64,000 nucleotides of DNA, taken from the IMG/VR virus record IMGVR_UViG_3300035681_000004, one strand, 5' to 3'. The DNA is from an uncultured virus (IMG/VR IMGVR_UViG_3300035681_000004). Its lineage: Duplodnaviria > Heunggongvirae > Uroviricota > Caudoviricetes. The position numbers were made by a program, and so were the translations under genes. The notes under the pieces are model-generated. The model worked only from the letters and a program-made list of their open reading frames with translations. It did not search any database and was not told the DNA's origin. This document shows, piece after piece, positions 1 through 10,700 of this stretch (position 1 is its first letter; each line of letters begins with the position of its first letter).

Positions 1-339
1 TCCTATACTAATATTGACTAAACCTTGTGCAGTTACAAATCCAACTGTTGAACCAGTTCCTACAACTAAACCACTCCAAAGATTATTGTCCTTGTATCTG
101 TGGGAGCTATCAAAAAGTGTTAATGGACTTGAAGTTCTTAAACGACCAAATGCATCGGTTGCTATTGGTGGAAATGTAACAGATGCTGATGATGTTGTAG
201 AAATTGATACTGTTCCTGTGACTGGAAATGGATTATCAATAGTAACTACTTCGCCATTCTTATTGGCAATCATATTGACTTCAAAAAGGGTCCTTTCTTG
301 ATTCAGAAAGTCCTGTTCATTTTTATTAAATTGTGCCAT
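1..339 (-). CDS. Conserved cyanophage late/virion protein, N-terminal part; 3' end lies outside the window
   Basis: Read manually from ATG at 339-337: MAQFNKNEQDFLNQERTLFEV...TDAFGRLRTSSPLTLFDSSHRY. The frame is open to base 1. The + strand ORF 14..301 is its antisense shadow. Confidence 0.7.
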   Translation of the reverse strand, partial: MAQFNKNEQDFLNQERTLFEVNMIANKNGEVVTIDNPFPVTGTVSISTTSSASVTFPPIATDAFGRLRTSSPLTLFDSSHRYKDNNLWSGLVVGTGSTVGFVTAQGLVNISIG

Positions 340-342
340 AAA

Positions 343-651
343 TCAATCACTCCAAGATAATCTTTCTGGTCTATATCGTTGTGCGTCTTTAATTTTTAAA
401 GAATTTGATGTTGCTGGGTAAATATTATGAACAATTGCACCAGGATATTCTCTTTGTAGTTGCTCTGCTAATTCATTTTTATCCATCATCCTACCTTCAA
501 CTTCCATACGATATAGTCTTCCTTGCCAAACTACATCAGCAAGAAAAGATTCATTTGCCGTCTCTGGTTGAGATGCATTCATATAAAGATTTCCATTGAA
601 ATCTCCGGCAATATTGATGCTCTCTGAAATAAACTGTTGAAATGATTTCAT
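343..651 (-). CDS. Hypothetical protein with a T4-type capsid-targeting N-terminus (probable head internal protein)
   Basis: Starts MKSFQQFISES, resembling the T4 internal-protein targeting peptide (IPIII MKTYQEFIAE). Located in a late operon. Confidence 0.7.
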   Translation of the reverse strand: MKSFQQFISESINIAGDFNGNLYMNASQPETANESFLADVVWQGRLYRMEVEGRMMDKNELAEQLQREYPGAIVHNIYPATSNSLKIKDAQRYRPERLSWSD

Positions 652-652
652 T

Positions 653-2410
653 TTAATTACAGTTCCAACGACGAAGTGCTTTGTTAATTCTTGAATCTGG
701 ATCTCTTGCAGTTTTTGCTGAAGTGAGTTTGGATTTCATTCCTTTCATTCTGCTGCAAAAATTTTTACGACGACCTGCTCTTTTACCTGTTGGATTCTTT
801 TCAGTTACCGCAGTCTGAAGTTTTGAACCAGGATTCTCACGACGATAAGCATCTACTGCTTTTTGACTTAAACCATCAGTCTTATCTTTACGATTCACTG
901 ATTGCCAGTCTTCAGATAAATTAATTTCTTCTCTCCAGTTTGAATATTCAACTAATTCATACTCTGTTTCATAAGAATTCATTTGAAGACCTGCTTGTTT
1001 TAACTTTTCTTCTCTATTTTTCTTAATTTGTTGTGCTGCGTCATATGCTTTCTTAGCAATATAAGCACCCCCAGCAGCGATTCCCAAAGCAGCACCAGCA
1101 GCTATTGGATTTTCATCAAGTTGTTCTAATTCATCTCTCCAATTCGAATATCCTTCTTTTTTAACACAGTTGGGAACTACTTTATTACCTTTCTTCTTCA
1201 TTCCTTGTTGTTCATATCCATCCCAACATTCTTCATCAACTTTACCCTGACCACTATCAATATAATCTGCTGCAGCATCAATATAATCTGCTGCCTTAGT
1301 AATTTTTGATTGAACCCACGCTTCAATATTACCTTCACCTTTCATTTTCTTCTTTAATCTCTTTGCCGCAGCAATGATTGTGGAAAGTTCAGAACGAGCC
1401 ATTGAATACTCGTGATCCTTTTCTTCATTTGCTGGGTGAACAGTAGCAATATTATATTTTAATTGATTTGGTGTTAATGTTGATGGAATTGAAAACATGT
1501 CCCAATATTTTGGTCCATATTTGCATTCATCACGGGTTTCGTCTTTTTGGCATTTTGGACAGTATCTAATCATTTGCATTTCCTCAGATTTTGTTCCCCA
1601 ATTTGCAGCACCAACTTTACGACACTTGACTAGTGCTCCCGATGCATATGCACTTGGCCAAACATCATATCTAGACTTAACCTTATTGTAGCAAGCATCT
1701 TTTTTACCGCTACTTTTTCCTGGTTTGTCTTTAACTTCCTGCAAATCCATTTCTTCTGTTCTTACGTTTGTTGGTTTGGCACCGCCAGTTTTTTCTGGTT
1801 GATTTGGATCTAAACGATTTTTTCTTCTTCTTGCTGTTTCTTCTTCATCTTTTGAAAGTGATCTTTTCATTTTAGAACTACCACATTTTGGTGTAGAAGT
1901 TTGCCCTGGTTGACGAGCACAGGGTTTACCTGCCCACTTACCACCAAGTTGAACCCAACCTTTTTTACCATCAGAAGATTTTGATTTATTAAACCAATCA
2001 TGAAGACCTTCATCACCTGATGTAGTTTCTTCCTTTACATCTTTAAACTTTTTATGATGCTTTTTAGCATCTGCTTCCATTTTTTTCAACCGAGTATAAT
2101 AATCTGGAATTTCATCAAGATGTTGAAGAGCAATATCAGTAGCAAGATCTTTATCTTTTGTATGTTCGTGCTCGATAGGAATTCCCATTTTAAGTTGATT
2201 CTTTATGAAAGAAACTTCAAGACGATGTTTCTTTGCAATTTGTTCAACCGACTTATGAGATTTTACTTCATGCATTTCATTAAAAGGTGATTTTGATTTT
2301 GTTGGTTCACCCTTTGCTCTTTTATTACGAGCAGCACAGTGAGCACGTTGAGAAAACCCTTTTGGGGAATCACAGTTTATTGATCTTTTATATTTGTCAG
2401 ACCAACTCAT
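653..2410 (-). CDS. Modular basic protein, probable head-internal polyprotein
   Basis: 585 aa made of short Cys/Lys-rich modules joined by [LIV]xE(E) linkers, with two YSNWR[DE]E motifs. A late-promoter-like CTAAATA lies just upstream. Confidence 0.75.
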   Translation of the reverse strand: MSWSDKYKRSINCDSPKGFSQRAHCAARNKRAKGEPTKSKSPFNEMHEVKSHKSVEQIAKKHRLEVSFIKNQLKMGIPIEHEHTKDKDLATDIALQHLDEIPDYYTRLKKMEADAKKHHKKFKDVKEETTSGDEGLHDWFNKSKSSDGKKGWVQLGGKWAGKPCARQPGQTSTPKCGSSKMKRSLSKDEEETARRRKNRLDPNQPEKTGGAKPTNVRTEEMDLQEVKDKPGKSSGKKDACYNKVKSRYDVWPSAYASGALVKCRKVGAANWGTKSEEMQMIRYCPKCQKDETRDECKYGPKYWDMFSIPSTLTPNQLKYNIATVHPANEEKDHEYSMARSELSTIIAAAKRLKKKMKGEGNIEAWVQSKITKAADYIDAAADYIDSGQGKVDEECWDGYEQQGMKKKGNKVVPNCVKKEGYSNWRDELEQLDENPIAAGAALGIAAGGAYIAKKAYDAAQQIKKNREEKLKQAGLQMNSYETEYELVEYSNWREEINLSEDWQSVNRKDKTDGLSQKAVDAYRRENPGSKLQTAVTEKNPTGKRAGRRKNFCSRMKGMKSKLTSAKTARDPDSRINKALRRWNCN

Positions 2411-2422
2411 TAAACTATATGT

Positions 2423-2845
2423 TTACTCTTTATTATTTAGAAAACCTTGTTTGAGTAATTTTGAAAGTTCAGATGTAGAACCAACAAACACCGCATTATT
2501 AGTAACATTATTAGTTGTTTTTACAGTATCTTCTTCCACATCTTTTAATTTCTTCTGCAAATCAATAAGTTTATCTGTTACATCTCCAACACTCTTAATA
2601 AGTTGCCCAGCAACTTCATATGCTCTTGGACTGCCACCTTCTCCGGCAAGTTCCATAATTCCATTGATTGCCTCTTGCCCCTTTTCAATCAATGAATATA
2701 AATTTGCACGTGTGTACTCATAATCTTTTTTAATATCATCAGTCTTTAAAGGAGTGATATTTAAATCACCCTTGTCTTTTTCTACTTCTACAATGCTGCT
2801 CTCTATATTTAAAGAGGCATCTAAACCATCATAATTATTTTTCAT
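2423..2845 (-). CDS. gp16: Terminase small subunit (gp16)
   Basis: DYEYTRANLYSLIEKGQEAING...PRAYEVAGQLIKSV...NNAVFVGSTSELSKLL is typical of cyanomyovirus gp16. It follows gp15. Confidence 0.85.
   Translation of the reverse strand: MKNNYDGLDASLNIESSIVEVEKDKGDLNITPLKTDDIKKDYEYTRANLYSLIEKGQEAINGIMELAGEGGSPRAYEVAGQLIKSVGDVTDKLIDLQKKLKDVEEDTVKTTNNVTNNAVFVGSTSELSKLLKQGFLNNKE
2434..2440 (-). promoter_or_regulatory. T4-type late promoter variant (CTAAATA)
   Basis: CTAAATA on the minus strand, 24 nt upstream of the ATG at 2410. Confidence 0.55.
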
Positions 2846-2851
2846 AATTTA

Positions 2852-3649
2852 TCAAATATCAGTTTGTCTTGTAGGACTAAATTCTTTTCCATCAAAGAAC
2901 ATTTCAATAGATTCATTAAATCCAAAATCATCATCGGGAGCAGCATCAATTGGATCTGGAGTTACAGTATATCTCATTTCTCTCTTAGCAGTCTGAGTAT
3001 CTGTACCAGTATAATAATCAACTTGAACCTTGCGAATGAGACCATCGCTGTTCTCTGCAATTGGACCGAAGAGATAAGTTTTAGCGGTGAAATTAAAAGT
3101 ATAGATTAATATTCTTCTTGTTGAAAAATCTCCTTCATAGTCATCAGTGAATGAGACATTATCAAGAACAACTGGGATATCTCTTTTTTCTCCTATAGAA
3201 TCAATTAAATCAACAGTTAATGTGAATGCTGGTTGAAAATAAGGTAATATTTGCTCTACTACTTGCAATGCGTCATCTTGAATCTTACTCATCAAATTTA
3301 ATTGAAACCCAATATTATATGGGACTGGAAGATAAACTTTTTTTAAATTATTTCCTTCTTGTGCTTTAAAAGTTTGTGCTACTCCAGATTTCCTTGTTGC
3401 ATCATATTGAATTGATGTCATTTCAAACGACATTCGAGGTAGAGTCATTGCAATTGGTTTATTCAATTCTGATTGCTGTTCAATCCTAGCAAGGAATTTT
3501 TGCATAGGACCATATGCTAAAGGAACTTTTATCTGACTGATACTATCTCCAGAAGAATCTTTATGGCGAATATTGATATCATTAAATAACGTACCAAAGG
3601 AGATAACAGTTCTTCTAATAATTTCGTGATAATAGTAAGTTCCTAACGT
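2852..3649 (-). CDS. gp15: Tail completion / sheath stabiliser gp15, extended upstream to an ACG codon
   Basis: The frame continues 48 codons upstream of the called Met (3505) as xLGTYYYHEIIRRTVISFGTLFNDI...KVPLAYGPMQKFLAR, the usual gp15 N-terminus. Also contains TLPRMSFE and EQILPYFQP. Confidence 0.88.
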   Translation of the reverse strand, partial: TLGTYYYHEIIRRTVISFGTLFNDINIRHKDSSGDSISQIKVPLAYGPMQKFLARIEQQSELNKPIAMTLPRMSFEMTSIQYDATRKSGVAQTFKAQEGNNLKKVYLPVPYNIGFQLNLMSKIQDDALQVVEQILPYFQPAFTLTVDLIDSIGEKRDIPVVLDNVSFTDDYEGDFSTRRILIYTFNFTAKTYLFGPIAENSDGLIRKVQVDYYTGTDTQTAKREMRYTVTPDPIDAAPDDDFGFNESIEMFFDGKEFSPTRQTDI

Positions 3650-3663
3650 TTTTCTATACCCGA

Positions 3664-4192
3664 TTATTCAAAACATTTTTTTAAGTGAACTCTATGAAAT
3701 GCTTGAGTTGTAGTTTCTTTTTTGCATCCCAAACAAGAGCATTTTCTTTTTGAGGTTGGATAATATTTACCCAATCTAGCATTTCTATAATTTTCTTTTT
3801 GTTTTTCAGTTCTTTGCTTACCTGTATTTATTAGTTTTGATCTCTTTGATACTTCTTTTTTTAAATCTGGATTATTATCCCAAAATTTTTTAATATTTTT
3901 CTTCGCTTTATCTACATTTTTAGGATCCCACATTGGATTATTTTCTTTGTTTCTTTTTATACAAGTTTTTCTTGAAGAATTCTTAATTGCTTCTATGGTT
4001 GCTTCATATGGAGTTATTTGCCCACTTAACATTCTCCAAGCAATTTCATCCTCTTTTTTTTCCATACTTTTCCCAAAGGATTTTGTGTGCCTCTGCGTGT
4101 TCTTGCACTGTTAATTTAATAATATTATCTGGTTCATCACCACCTCCCATATGTTTTGGTATTATATGGTGGTTATGATAATATGTTTGCAT
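3664..4192 (-). pseudogene. HNH homing endonuclease with a +1 frameshift in an A8 run
   Basis: ATG at 4192 gives MQTYYHNHHIIPKHMGGGDEPDNIIKLTVQEHAEAHKILWEKYG (HNH motif). The A8 run at 4054-4061 then shifts it out of frame from KKEDEIAWRMLSGQI... The span is 529 nt (3n+1). Confidence 0.8.
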
Positions 4193-4221
4193 TGGATACT
4201 ATTTTTATCAACTATTGTATT

Positions 4222-4229
4222 TATTTATA
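4222..4229 (-). promoter_or_regulatory. T4 late promoter TATAAATA
   Basis: Exact consensus between the gp14 stop and the HNH start. Confidence 0.75.
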
Positions 4230-4230
4230 G

Positions 4231-5622
4231 TTAATATGTACCAAATGGATTTGACTCTGAAAAATCAATAATTTGATCTGCTTCCAGTTCAATTGTTTTA
4301 TTTTCACTATATTTATCATATTCATCCCATTCTTCAAATGAAGATACTGCATATCTTGCTGAAGATGCTGCTCCAACAATGAGTTCTCCTGGATAGAATC
4401 CTTTAATTGTTGCTCCAATGCTTACAATCGATACCTTGAGCATATTAGTATCTTTATCCCAAGACTTGACTCTTGCAGTTGTATAAGATCTTGTTCCAGT
4501 AACGATTTCATTAAATATAAAAGTTCCAAATCCAGAAATAATCGATGGAGATTGAATAGTAATAGTTGGAGATTGTGTATATCCAACTCCAGGATTCGAA
4601 ATCCTAATAGTAGATACTTGCTCACTAGAATTGATTGAAGCAATTCCAACCGCAGTTTGCCCAGATCCTACGGAACCTACAATTGTAACACTAGGAACTT
4701 CTTTATAACCGTACCCTGGATTTGTTATGCTAAAGTTTATAATTCCACTTGCAACTGTTTCTATCGAGCAAGTTGCAATTGCTCCAGTCCCTCCACCACC
4801 AATAATTTGAATCGTTGGTGCCACGGTATATCCAGAACCAGCATTAGTGAGTAATATCTGACTCACAGACCTGATTCCCCCGATTGATGAGGTAATCGCT
4901 ACAGCCGATGCGTTTGTGCCTCCGGAGGGGGCAGTGGATATCGAAACGGTTGGATTTGATGTGTATCCATAACCATCATTATTTAAATAAATCTGTCTGA
5001 TATATCCAGTGCCAATTGTTGCGGTTGCGGCAGCAGTTGTACCAATACCAATTAGGTTTAACGTTGTAATATATCCTTCGTTTTGAATTGTCTTATCAAT
5101 TTCATCAATCGAAGTATCAATGACTTCATCCTCATATTCAAAGAGTTCACATTTCAATTCATAAACATATAACTTACCTAATTGGTAAAATGGTTGTTCG
5201 TGTTCTACAAATTTAACTTCAAACAATCTCTGCCCTAGAGGAAAATAAACTAAGTCACCCTCTCTGGGTCTAGATGCCAATTCAATTTCAGGATCATTTT
5301 CATCAAGAAATGGTGCAATAAAATCTTCATATCTTTCTCTTGATATGACTAAACTTACTTCATCTTTTAGACTCATTCCAAATTTTGTTAGAAGATCTCC
5401 CTGACCACTATATCCCTCATAATTATTGATATATGCTTCAATAGCATAATTATCATCAAATTTGGATGATGAAATTTCTCTTAAAATAGTTTCTCTTCTA
5501 ACAAATTTTCTTGGGATATAAATGACTTCAACACCATAAATCCTCAGTTGCTCGTTAATTAATTCTTGAACGAGTCTTTGTTCATTTGGTGATCCTTGAA
5601 GAAAGAAGGGATTAAGTGCCAT
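4231..5622 (-). CDS. gp14: Neck protein gp14 with Gly/Thr-rich repeat insertion
   Basis: MALNPFFLQGS...EQLRIYGVEVIYIPRK...RPREGDLVYFP...FYQLGKLYVYELKCELFEY...DFSESNPFG. Confidence 0.92.
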   Translation of the reverse strand: MALNPFFLQGSPNEQRLVQELINEQLRIYGVEVIYIPRKFVRRETILREISSSKFDDNYAIEAYINNYEGYSGQGDLLTKFGMSLKDEVSLVISRERYEDFIAPFLDENDPEIELASRPREGDLVYFPLGQRLFEVKFVEHEQPFYQLGKLYVYELKCELFEYEDEVIDTSIDEIDKTIQNEGYITTLNLIGIGTTAAATATIGTGYIRQIYLNNDGYGYTSNPTVSISTAPSGGTNASAVAITSSIGGIRSVSQILLTNAGSGYTVAPTIQIIGGGGTGAIATCSIETVASGIINFSITNPGYGYKEVPSVTIVGSVGSGQTAVGIASINSSEQVSTIRISNPGVGYTQSPTITIQSPSIISGFGTFIFNEIVTGTRSYTTARVKSWDKDTNMLKVSIVSIGATIKGFYPGELIVGAASSARYAVSSFEEWDEYDKYSENKTIELEADQIIDFSESNPFGTY

Positions 5623-6464
5623 TATCCAATAAAGTCGTAAGGAGGAAGTTCATAATCCATTGACATTCTCTGTCTGATGCTTTCTAGTTCTCTTTCTGCA
5701 TCTTCATAGATTTCTCTGCCATTTAGTTCAATTCCGCCAGGAAGTTTAACTCCTCTAAATTTAATTAGGTTCTGACCCCACTGACGCTTCATTAAAGCAG
5801 TTAAATATTTTTTCAAGAAACTATCATTATAAACTTTAGTGAAATCATTTGGATCTAAAATTCTATAGCAATCAATTACAATAAAAGTATCCTTTGCTTT
5901 TGATGCCCAATCGATATCAAGATACAATCTATTTTGTCTTTTATTAAAACGTATTTGTTTATCTGTTGATAAAAGAAAATCAATGTCTTCAAGATAAGTT
6001 TTTACCATCGCATACTGTAGGAGTTCAACGGAGTTAAAATAGTATAAATCATTCAAAAAGAGTTGATATTTGATACTAAACATACCTGCAGAAATTGAAC
6101 TAGTATCAAACTTAAATACTTTTTCAATTCCAATAATACTGTCTGGAACTTGTATAAAATTTGAATTCTCATAAAAATTAAATGATGTAGTTCCTATTCC
6201 AGAAATTGTAGCACTTCCAGTTGTAGTTACAATTCCAACACCATTTGTATTTTTTGCCGTTGCTCTGTCTATGTCTGCCTGCGTAATCTTGTACTTAAGA
6301 TACATTCTTTCAACACCATCAAAATGTCTTTCTTGAAAGTATTGAAGAGCATCATCAACTAAGTCATCAATTTGTTCATCTGAGATATTAATTTCCAATA
6401 CTGGTGCTCCCAGTCTTCTGAGACAGTAATCAATTAATTCTTGTCTACTTGTAGGTTTTGACAT
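5622..6464 (-). CDS. gp13: Neck protein gp13
   Basis: LIDYCLRRLGAPVLEIN...KRQWGQNLIKFRGVKLPGGIELNG...YELPPYDFIG. Confidence 0.93.
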   Translation of the reverse strand: MSKPTSRQELIDYCLRRLGAPVLEINISDEQIDDLVDDALQYFQERHFDGVERMYLKYKITQADIDRATAKNTNGVGIVTTTGSATISGIGTTSFNFYENSNFIQVPDSIIGIEKVFKFDTSSISAGMFSIKYQLFLNDLYYFNSVELLQYAMVKTYLEDIDFLLSTDKQIRFNKRQNRLYLDIDWASKAKDTFIVIDCYRILDPNDFTKVYNDSFLKKYLTALMKRQWGQNLIKFRGVKLPGGIELNGREIYEDAERELESIRQRMSMDYELPPYDFIG

Positions 6465-7009
6465 TAATAGAATCCTCCATCTATTGCACCAGACCAGGTT
6501 GGAATACCAGAACCATCAGTTGTCATTATATAGTTACTATCATCAATTCCATTTTGAGGACTTTGGGTAGAAACCATTAATCCTGAAGAATTGAAATATG
6601 GCATACCATTTGTATAGTATGGACCATAATATAAACCACCAGTAATAGTTGCAATACCAGTTATTCTGGCATTTCTTGCAGTGAATTCATCAAAGAAAAT
6701 ATCATCATTAACATATAAATCTCCACCAATATAGACATCACTTCTGAATGTTGATACACCTACAAAAGTAGAGACTCCTAGAACATTAATTCCTGTATTT
6801 GCAGTTAAAATGCCTGCAAATGTTGCACCATCTCTAAATGTAGCAAATCCAACAATTGTTGAAATGCCACTTACATAAAGTTCTCTGACTGAAGCAATTC
6901 CACCAATTACATTTTCAGCACTAACTGCTCTTCCTCCAGCAGAACCTGAAAGACTAGAAATAACTTTAACGGCATTTTGTTGTCCAACGCGGACTTTAAT
7001 ATCTGCCAT
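6464..7009 (-). CDS. Putative virion structural protein
   Basis: GIST/GVST-type repeats and a C-terminal IDGGFY, in a late operon. Confidence 0.65.
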   Translation of the reverse strand: MADIKVRVGQQNAVKVISSLSGSAGGRAVSAENVIGGIASVRELYVSGISTIVGFATFRDGATFAGILTANTGINVLGVSTFVGVSTFRSDVYIGGDLYVNDDIFFDEFTARNARITGIATITGGLYYGPYYTNGMPYFNSSGLMVSTQSPQNGIDDSNYIMTTDGSGIPTWSGAIDGGFY

Positions 7010-7350
7010 TAGCGAGTAGCTCCTTCTCTTACAAGAACCATACCTTCAATGACTCTATTTTTCACTCCAAATTCATCAGTAATAACAACATCATAAATGT
7101 ATCTTCCTGGTTTAATTTCCGCTGTTTGTGCCGCTGTTAGTCTAATTAGAATTTGTCCACCAGATTCTGATTCAATCGTAGCATTAAAGTTAATAGCAGT
7201 AGTGCTTCCCGACCACTTTCTCATTTGGGAAGCAACTGTATAATTTGTTAAATCAAAGGAAGAATTTGTAGCAGATCCTTCTAAAGTGAAAAGTTGGCTA
7301 AAATTAGCTCCCGTATTTATAACCAGGTTATTAACATATACCGCTGCCAT
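7009..7350 (-). CDS. Conserved virion protein (beta-sandwich, BppU-like)
   Basis: LTAAQTAEIKPGRYIYDVVIT...RVIEGMVLVREGATR, with a late promoter upstream. Confidence 0.7.
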   Translation of the reverse strand: MAAVYVNNLVINTGANFSQLFTLEGSATNSSFDLTNYTVASQMRKWSGSTTAINFNATIESESGGQILIRLTAAQTAEIKPGRYIYDVVITDEFGVKNRVIEGMVLVREGATR

Positions 7351-7364
7351 CTATTTTTAGAGAC

Positions 7365-7553
7365 CTACTTTTTATTTATATCTGGTGTTGGTCCGAGTGT
7401 TGCTAGAACTTCTTGCTGCCTAAGATAGAGTTTGCAGTATAATTTTGAGAATTTTTTTAGTTCATCAAAACTAAGTTCATCAATAACTCTGGAATGTTTC
7501 TCATATTCAAACATTTTATTGATTGATTCAAGTTTAATTTCATCTGGATCCAT
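7365..7553 (-). CDS. NblA-like small helical protein (paralog 1)
   Basis: 62 aa, LESINKMFEYEKHSRVIDELSFDELKKFSKLYCKLYLRQQEV. Size and L-x-x-x-x-x-F...EL...L helix pattern resemble NblA. Confidence 0.5.
   Translation of the reverse strand: MDPDEIKLESINKMFEYEKHSRVIDELSFDELKKFSKLYCKLYLRQQEVLATLGPTPDINKK
7373..7380 (-). promoter_or_regulatory. T4 late promoter TATAAATA
   Basis: Exact consensus 23 nt upstream of the ATG at 7350. Confidence 0.75.
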
Positions 7554-7743
7554 TAATAATCTCCTTTAATAAAGACTTAATTTCTTCAATATCTTTTTTC
7601 ATATTATCAATTTCACTTTTTTGTAATGCTCTATTGTTCATAGCATTAATATATTGAGTATAAGAAACATTATCGCAGTTAATTATAGCTCCAGTCTGTT
7701 CATCTCGATACAAATTTGGATGTCCTTGTACTGGTATCATCAT
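7540..7743 (-). CDS. Conserved hypothetical protein
   Basis: IPVQGHPNLYRDEQTGAIINCD followed by a coiled coil; overlaps both neighbours. Confidence 0.7.
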   Translation of the reverse strand: MMIPVQGHPNLYRDEQTGAIINCDNVSYTQYINAMNNRALQKSEIDNMKKDIEEIKSLLKEIINGSR

Positions 7744-10700
7744 GCTAACGCAATACTTCTAAGATCTTTAAATCTTGGAGCGTATGCTTGAGATCTACCA
7801 GACATTACAATTTTGATTGTATATCCGGTAAAACTACCAAGATTATTAGCACTAAACTCATATTCTAAGAATTGATCTTTGAGACTTGCTGGAACAAATA
7901 CGTCTGGAAGTCCACTGTTCTTGGATGGATCAACAACATCTAAATATCCATCTTGATTGTTATCAATAGTTAGATTATCATATCCTGGGAATAATTCAAA
8001 TGCTTGATTTACTTCACTGGAATCTGGTCTGATTAAACTATAAAGAACTCTAAAATCTGCTGTCGAATCTCTGTAAGCACTTAATATAACCTTCAGAGAT
8101 GTTGCTGGTTGATTAAGTCTTACAGTGTTTGAAATGTATACCGCAGCGTGAGGATCATCTAAAATACTATTAACTCGATTATCTAAGGTATAATTTGAGA
8201 TTGGGGAGTTTAATCTATTGCTTATAAGTTGTGCAGAAGATTCCTTCCAGAAAATCACTGGGGATAAATTTGTATCAGTGGTTGATAAATCTACCTTAAT
8301 AGTGAAAGACTTATTTCTTAATAGAGATCCTAAGTATGTCTGCTCATTAATATTTGAACAAACAATTCTAGTTGAACTGAGATCATTTTCAACACCAATT
8401 TCTACAGGTTCATATCCTTGATCTACAAAAGAAGTTTCACTTCCGTTGACGCTAGTGCCGCTTACAGTTCTTATTTGAGCAACACTGGAAGTTACTGCTG
8501 AAGGATTGATAACTGATATTTGTGGAACAATAGTATTAAATTGAATATTTTCAGATGCTCTAACTTCACTTCCACCACACACGGCATATGAGTTAAATGA
8601 TAGTTGTGGAGCACCTGTAATAGAACCGTCGGTAGATCTATTGGTTGCATTTGCATCGAATGCTGACCTATCAATTTCAATATAGTAATTATCAATATCA
8701 ATTCCAGTATCACTAATATCGTGTGTTTTATTAATTCTTCTTAATGAAACACCACCAAGTTCATACTTATAAACCTGAGTATTGGTTGTATAAGTTAGAG
8801 CTAGGGTAGAATCAATACCTCTAGTAATTCCATTTAATGTCCCACTACCAACAGAGGTATACTTAATAATTTCATTTTCAATTTTAACAAATCCTGGATT
8901 TGTTGCACTTACGGTAAGACCTTCAAAAGTATTGAAGTTGGATGTGGAAGCAATACTAATTGTTGTATTTGTTGAAGTTACTGGTTGTGTAAGAGTGGTA
9001 GGAATAATATCACTAATTGCATTAGAAATTGTAACTTTATTGTTATTCGAATACATTCCATGATTAAAGTGATTCACTTTAAAGAAGTTGCCAGCATCAA
9101 TTCCACCAATCGCAGTCGATGAAAGAACACTGGTGCCAGCAATAGATGTGGCATTTCCAGAAGTATCATAGTAGACTAATGTTGAAATTCCAGCAGTTAC
9201 AAATGAATTACCTTGAACGTTGGAAAGATAAAGAGTATCGAGTCCAGTAATAGAATTAATGGTAATCCTTGCGTTTCTTCCTGATACTGAAGAAACAGAA
9301 GATGTAACAATTCCAACTACATCACCAACAGCATATCCATTTCCCGGATTTACAATTGTTGCAACACCAACAACACCACTTGTAGCAGTAATGTTCAGAG
9401 TTAGTCCTGTTCCATTACCTGTAATTGCATAAGTGGAAACTACACCGTTCGAATAGTTTGTTCCTCCAGTAGTTACTCCTACAGTTGCAACAGAACTTCC
9501 AGTACCAACAATGTATCCATAAGTATATGGAGTACCAACTGAAGAAACTTTTCTACCAGTCGTTAAAATACCAATATTTGTGGTTGAAGTTGTAGATGTA
9601 ATTCCAATCTTAAGTTGTCTTGGTAATAATGCAATTGGGCTTGGATCTAGTTTTGGAATATATCCATTACTTTCATTTAGAGATGGATTGTGGAAGAATG
9701 CACTTCCAGTAGAGGAAGCAAATTTTGCCTTATAAAGTTTGAACTTTAAATCTTGATATTGATTTGCCGTCCAAATAGATCCATTCTGAGACTTAAACAA
9801 ACTTCCTAAAGCAAACTGTCTTGAGTATCTGATGCTTTGGGAATCTGGGAGAGTTGAAGTTTCAATGGTCTTTTGACCCATTTCAGCGATCCAAACTTCG
9901 TATTGATCACTTTGAGGTGCAAGAAGAACGATTGCATACTCTAAACCTGGTGCAAGATAAATTGGATAATCAAACGTGACTTTAGTTGCAACTGATGCAT
10001 TTGTTGAAGTCTGAATGTCACTTGGTTTTAATGTGACTGGATTCCCAAGGATCTTAGTTGTTGGTGTCCCCAGTTCAACAGTTCTAACTTCAACAGTAAG
10101 TGGTGCATTTCCAGGATCCTTATTAGAAAAATACAAATCTACTGCTGTTAAGAATGCACCATTAACATCCTCACTTGGAGTATTTCCATTTGAATTATCA
10201 GTAGATCCACTGACCGTGAATGATTGTGCTAATGGATCAACATAATAAATTGTTGTAGTTGCTGTAATTGTTCTCTGCTTCTGCTCCCAGGTTCCTTCAG
10301 ATTTATAAATTGTTTCTCCACTTGAAATTAAATTGCTTCCAGGTAGAGGAGCTTCATTAGTTTGACTTGACGTTAGTTTATAAACTTTCGATCCTGTTGC
10401 AATTCTAACTGCTGGAACTGGACTTGCATTTGGATCTTTCAAGAAGAACGATCCTGCTAAGAATCCATTAAGATCACTAATTAGTCTAAGATCTTTTACA
10501 TATGCAACAGAACCACTTGTTTGTCCAACAAGTTTCATACCAATAGTCAAATATCCAGAATATAATCCTTGAGCTTCTGAACATAAAGATTCTACATCAA
10601 TGTTTAAAACTTTAGAGGAAGCACTATAGGATGCTGGAATACTTTCTGTAGTTAGATATGGATTTGTTGTATATGTAACTGATGGATTACTATATGGACC

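Noticed and set aside
3650..4220. Group I intron around the HNH gene
   Set aside because: Only about 14 and 38 nt flank the ORF, leaving no room for a ribozyme core.
4400..5050. Gly/Thr-rich repeats in gp14, also seen in gp7 and the VrlC-like protein, as an intein or novel insertion
   Set aside because: No intein motifs are present, and such G.GY repeats are common in cyanomyovirus structural proteins.
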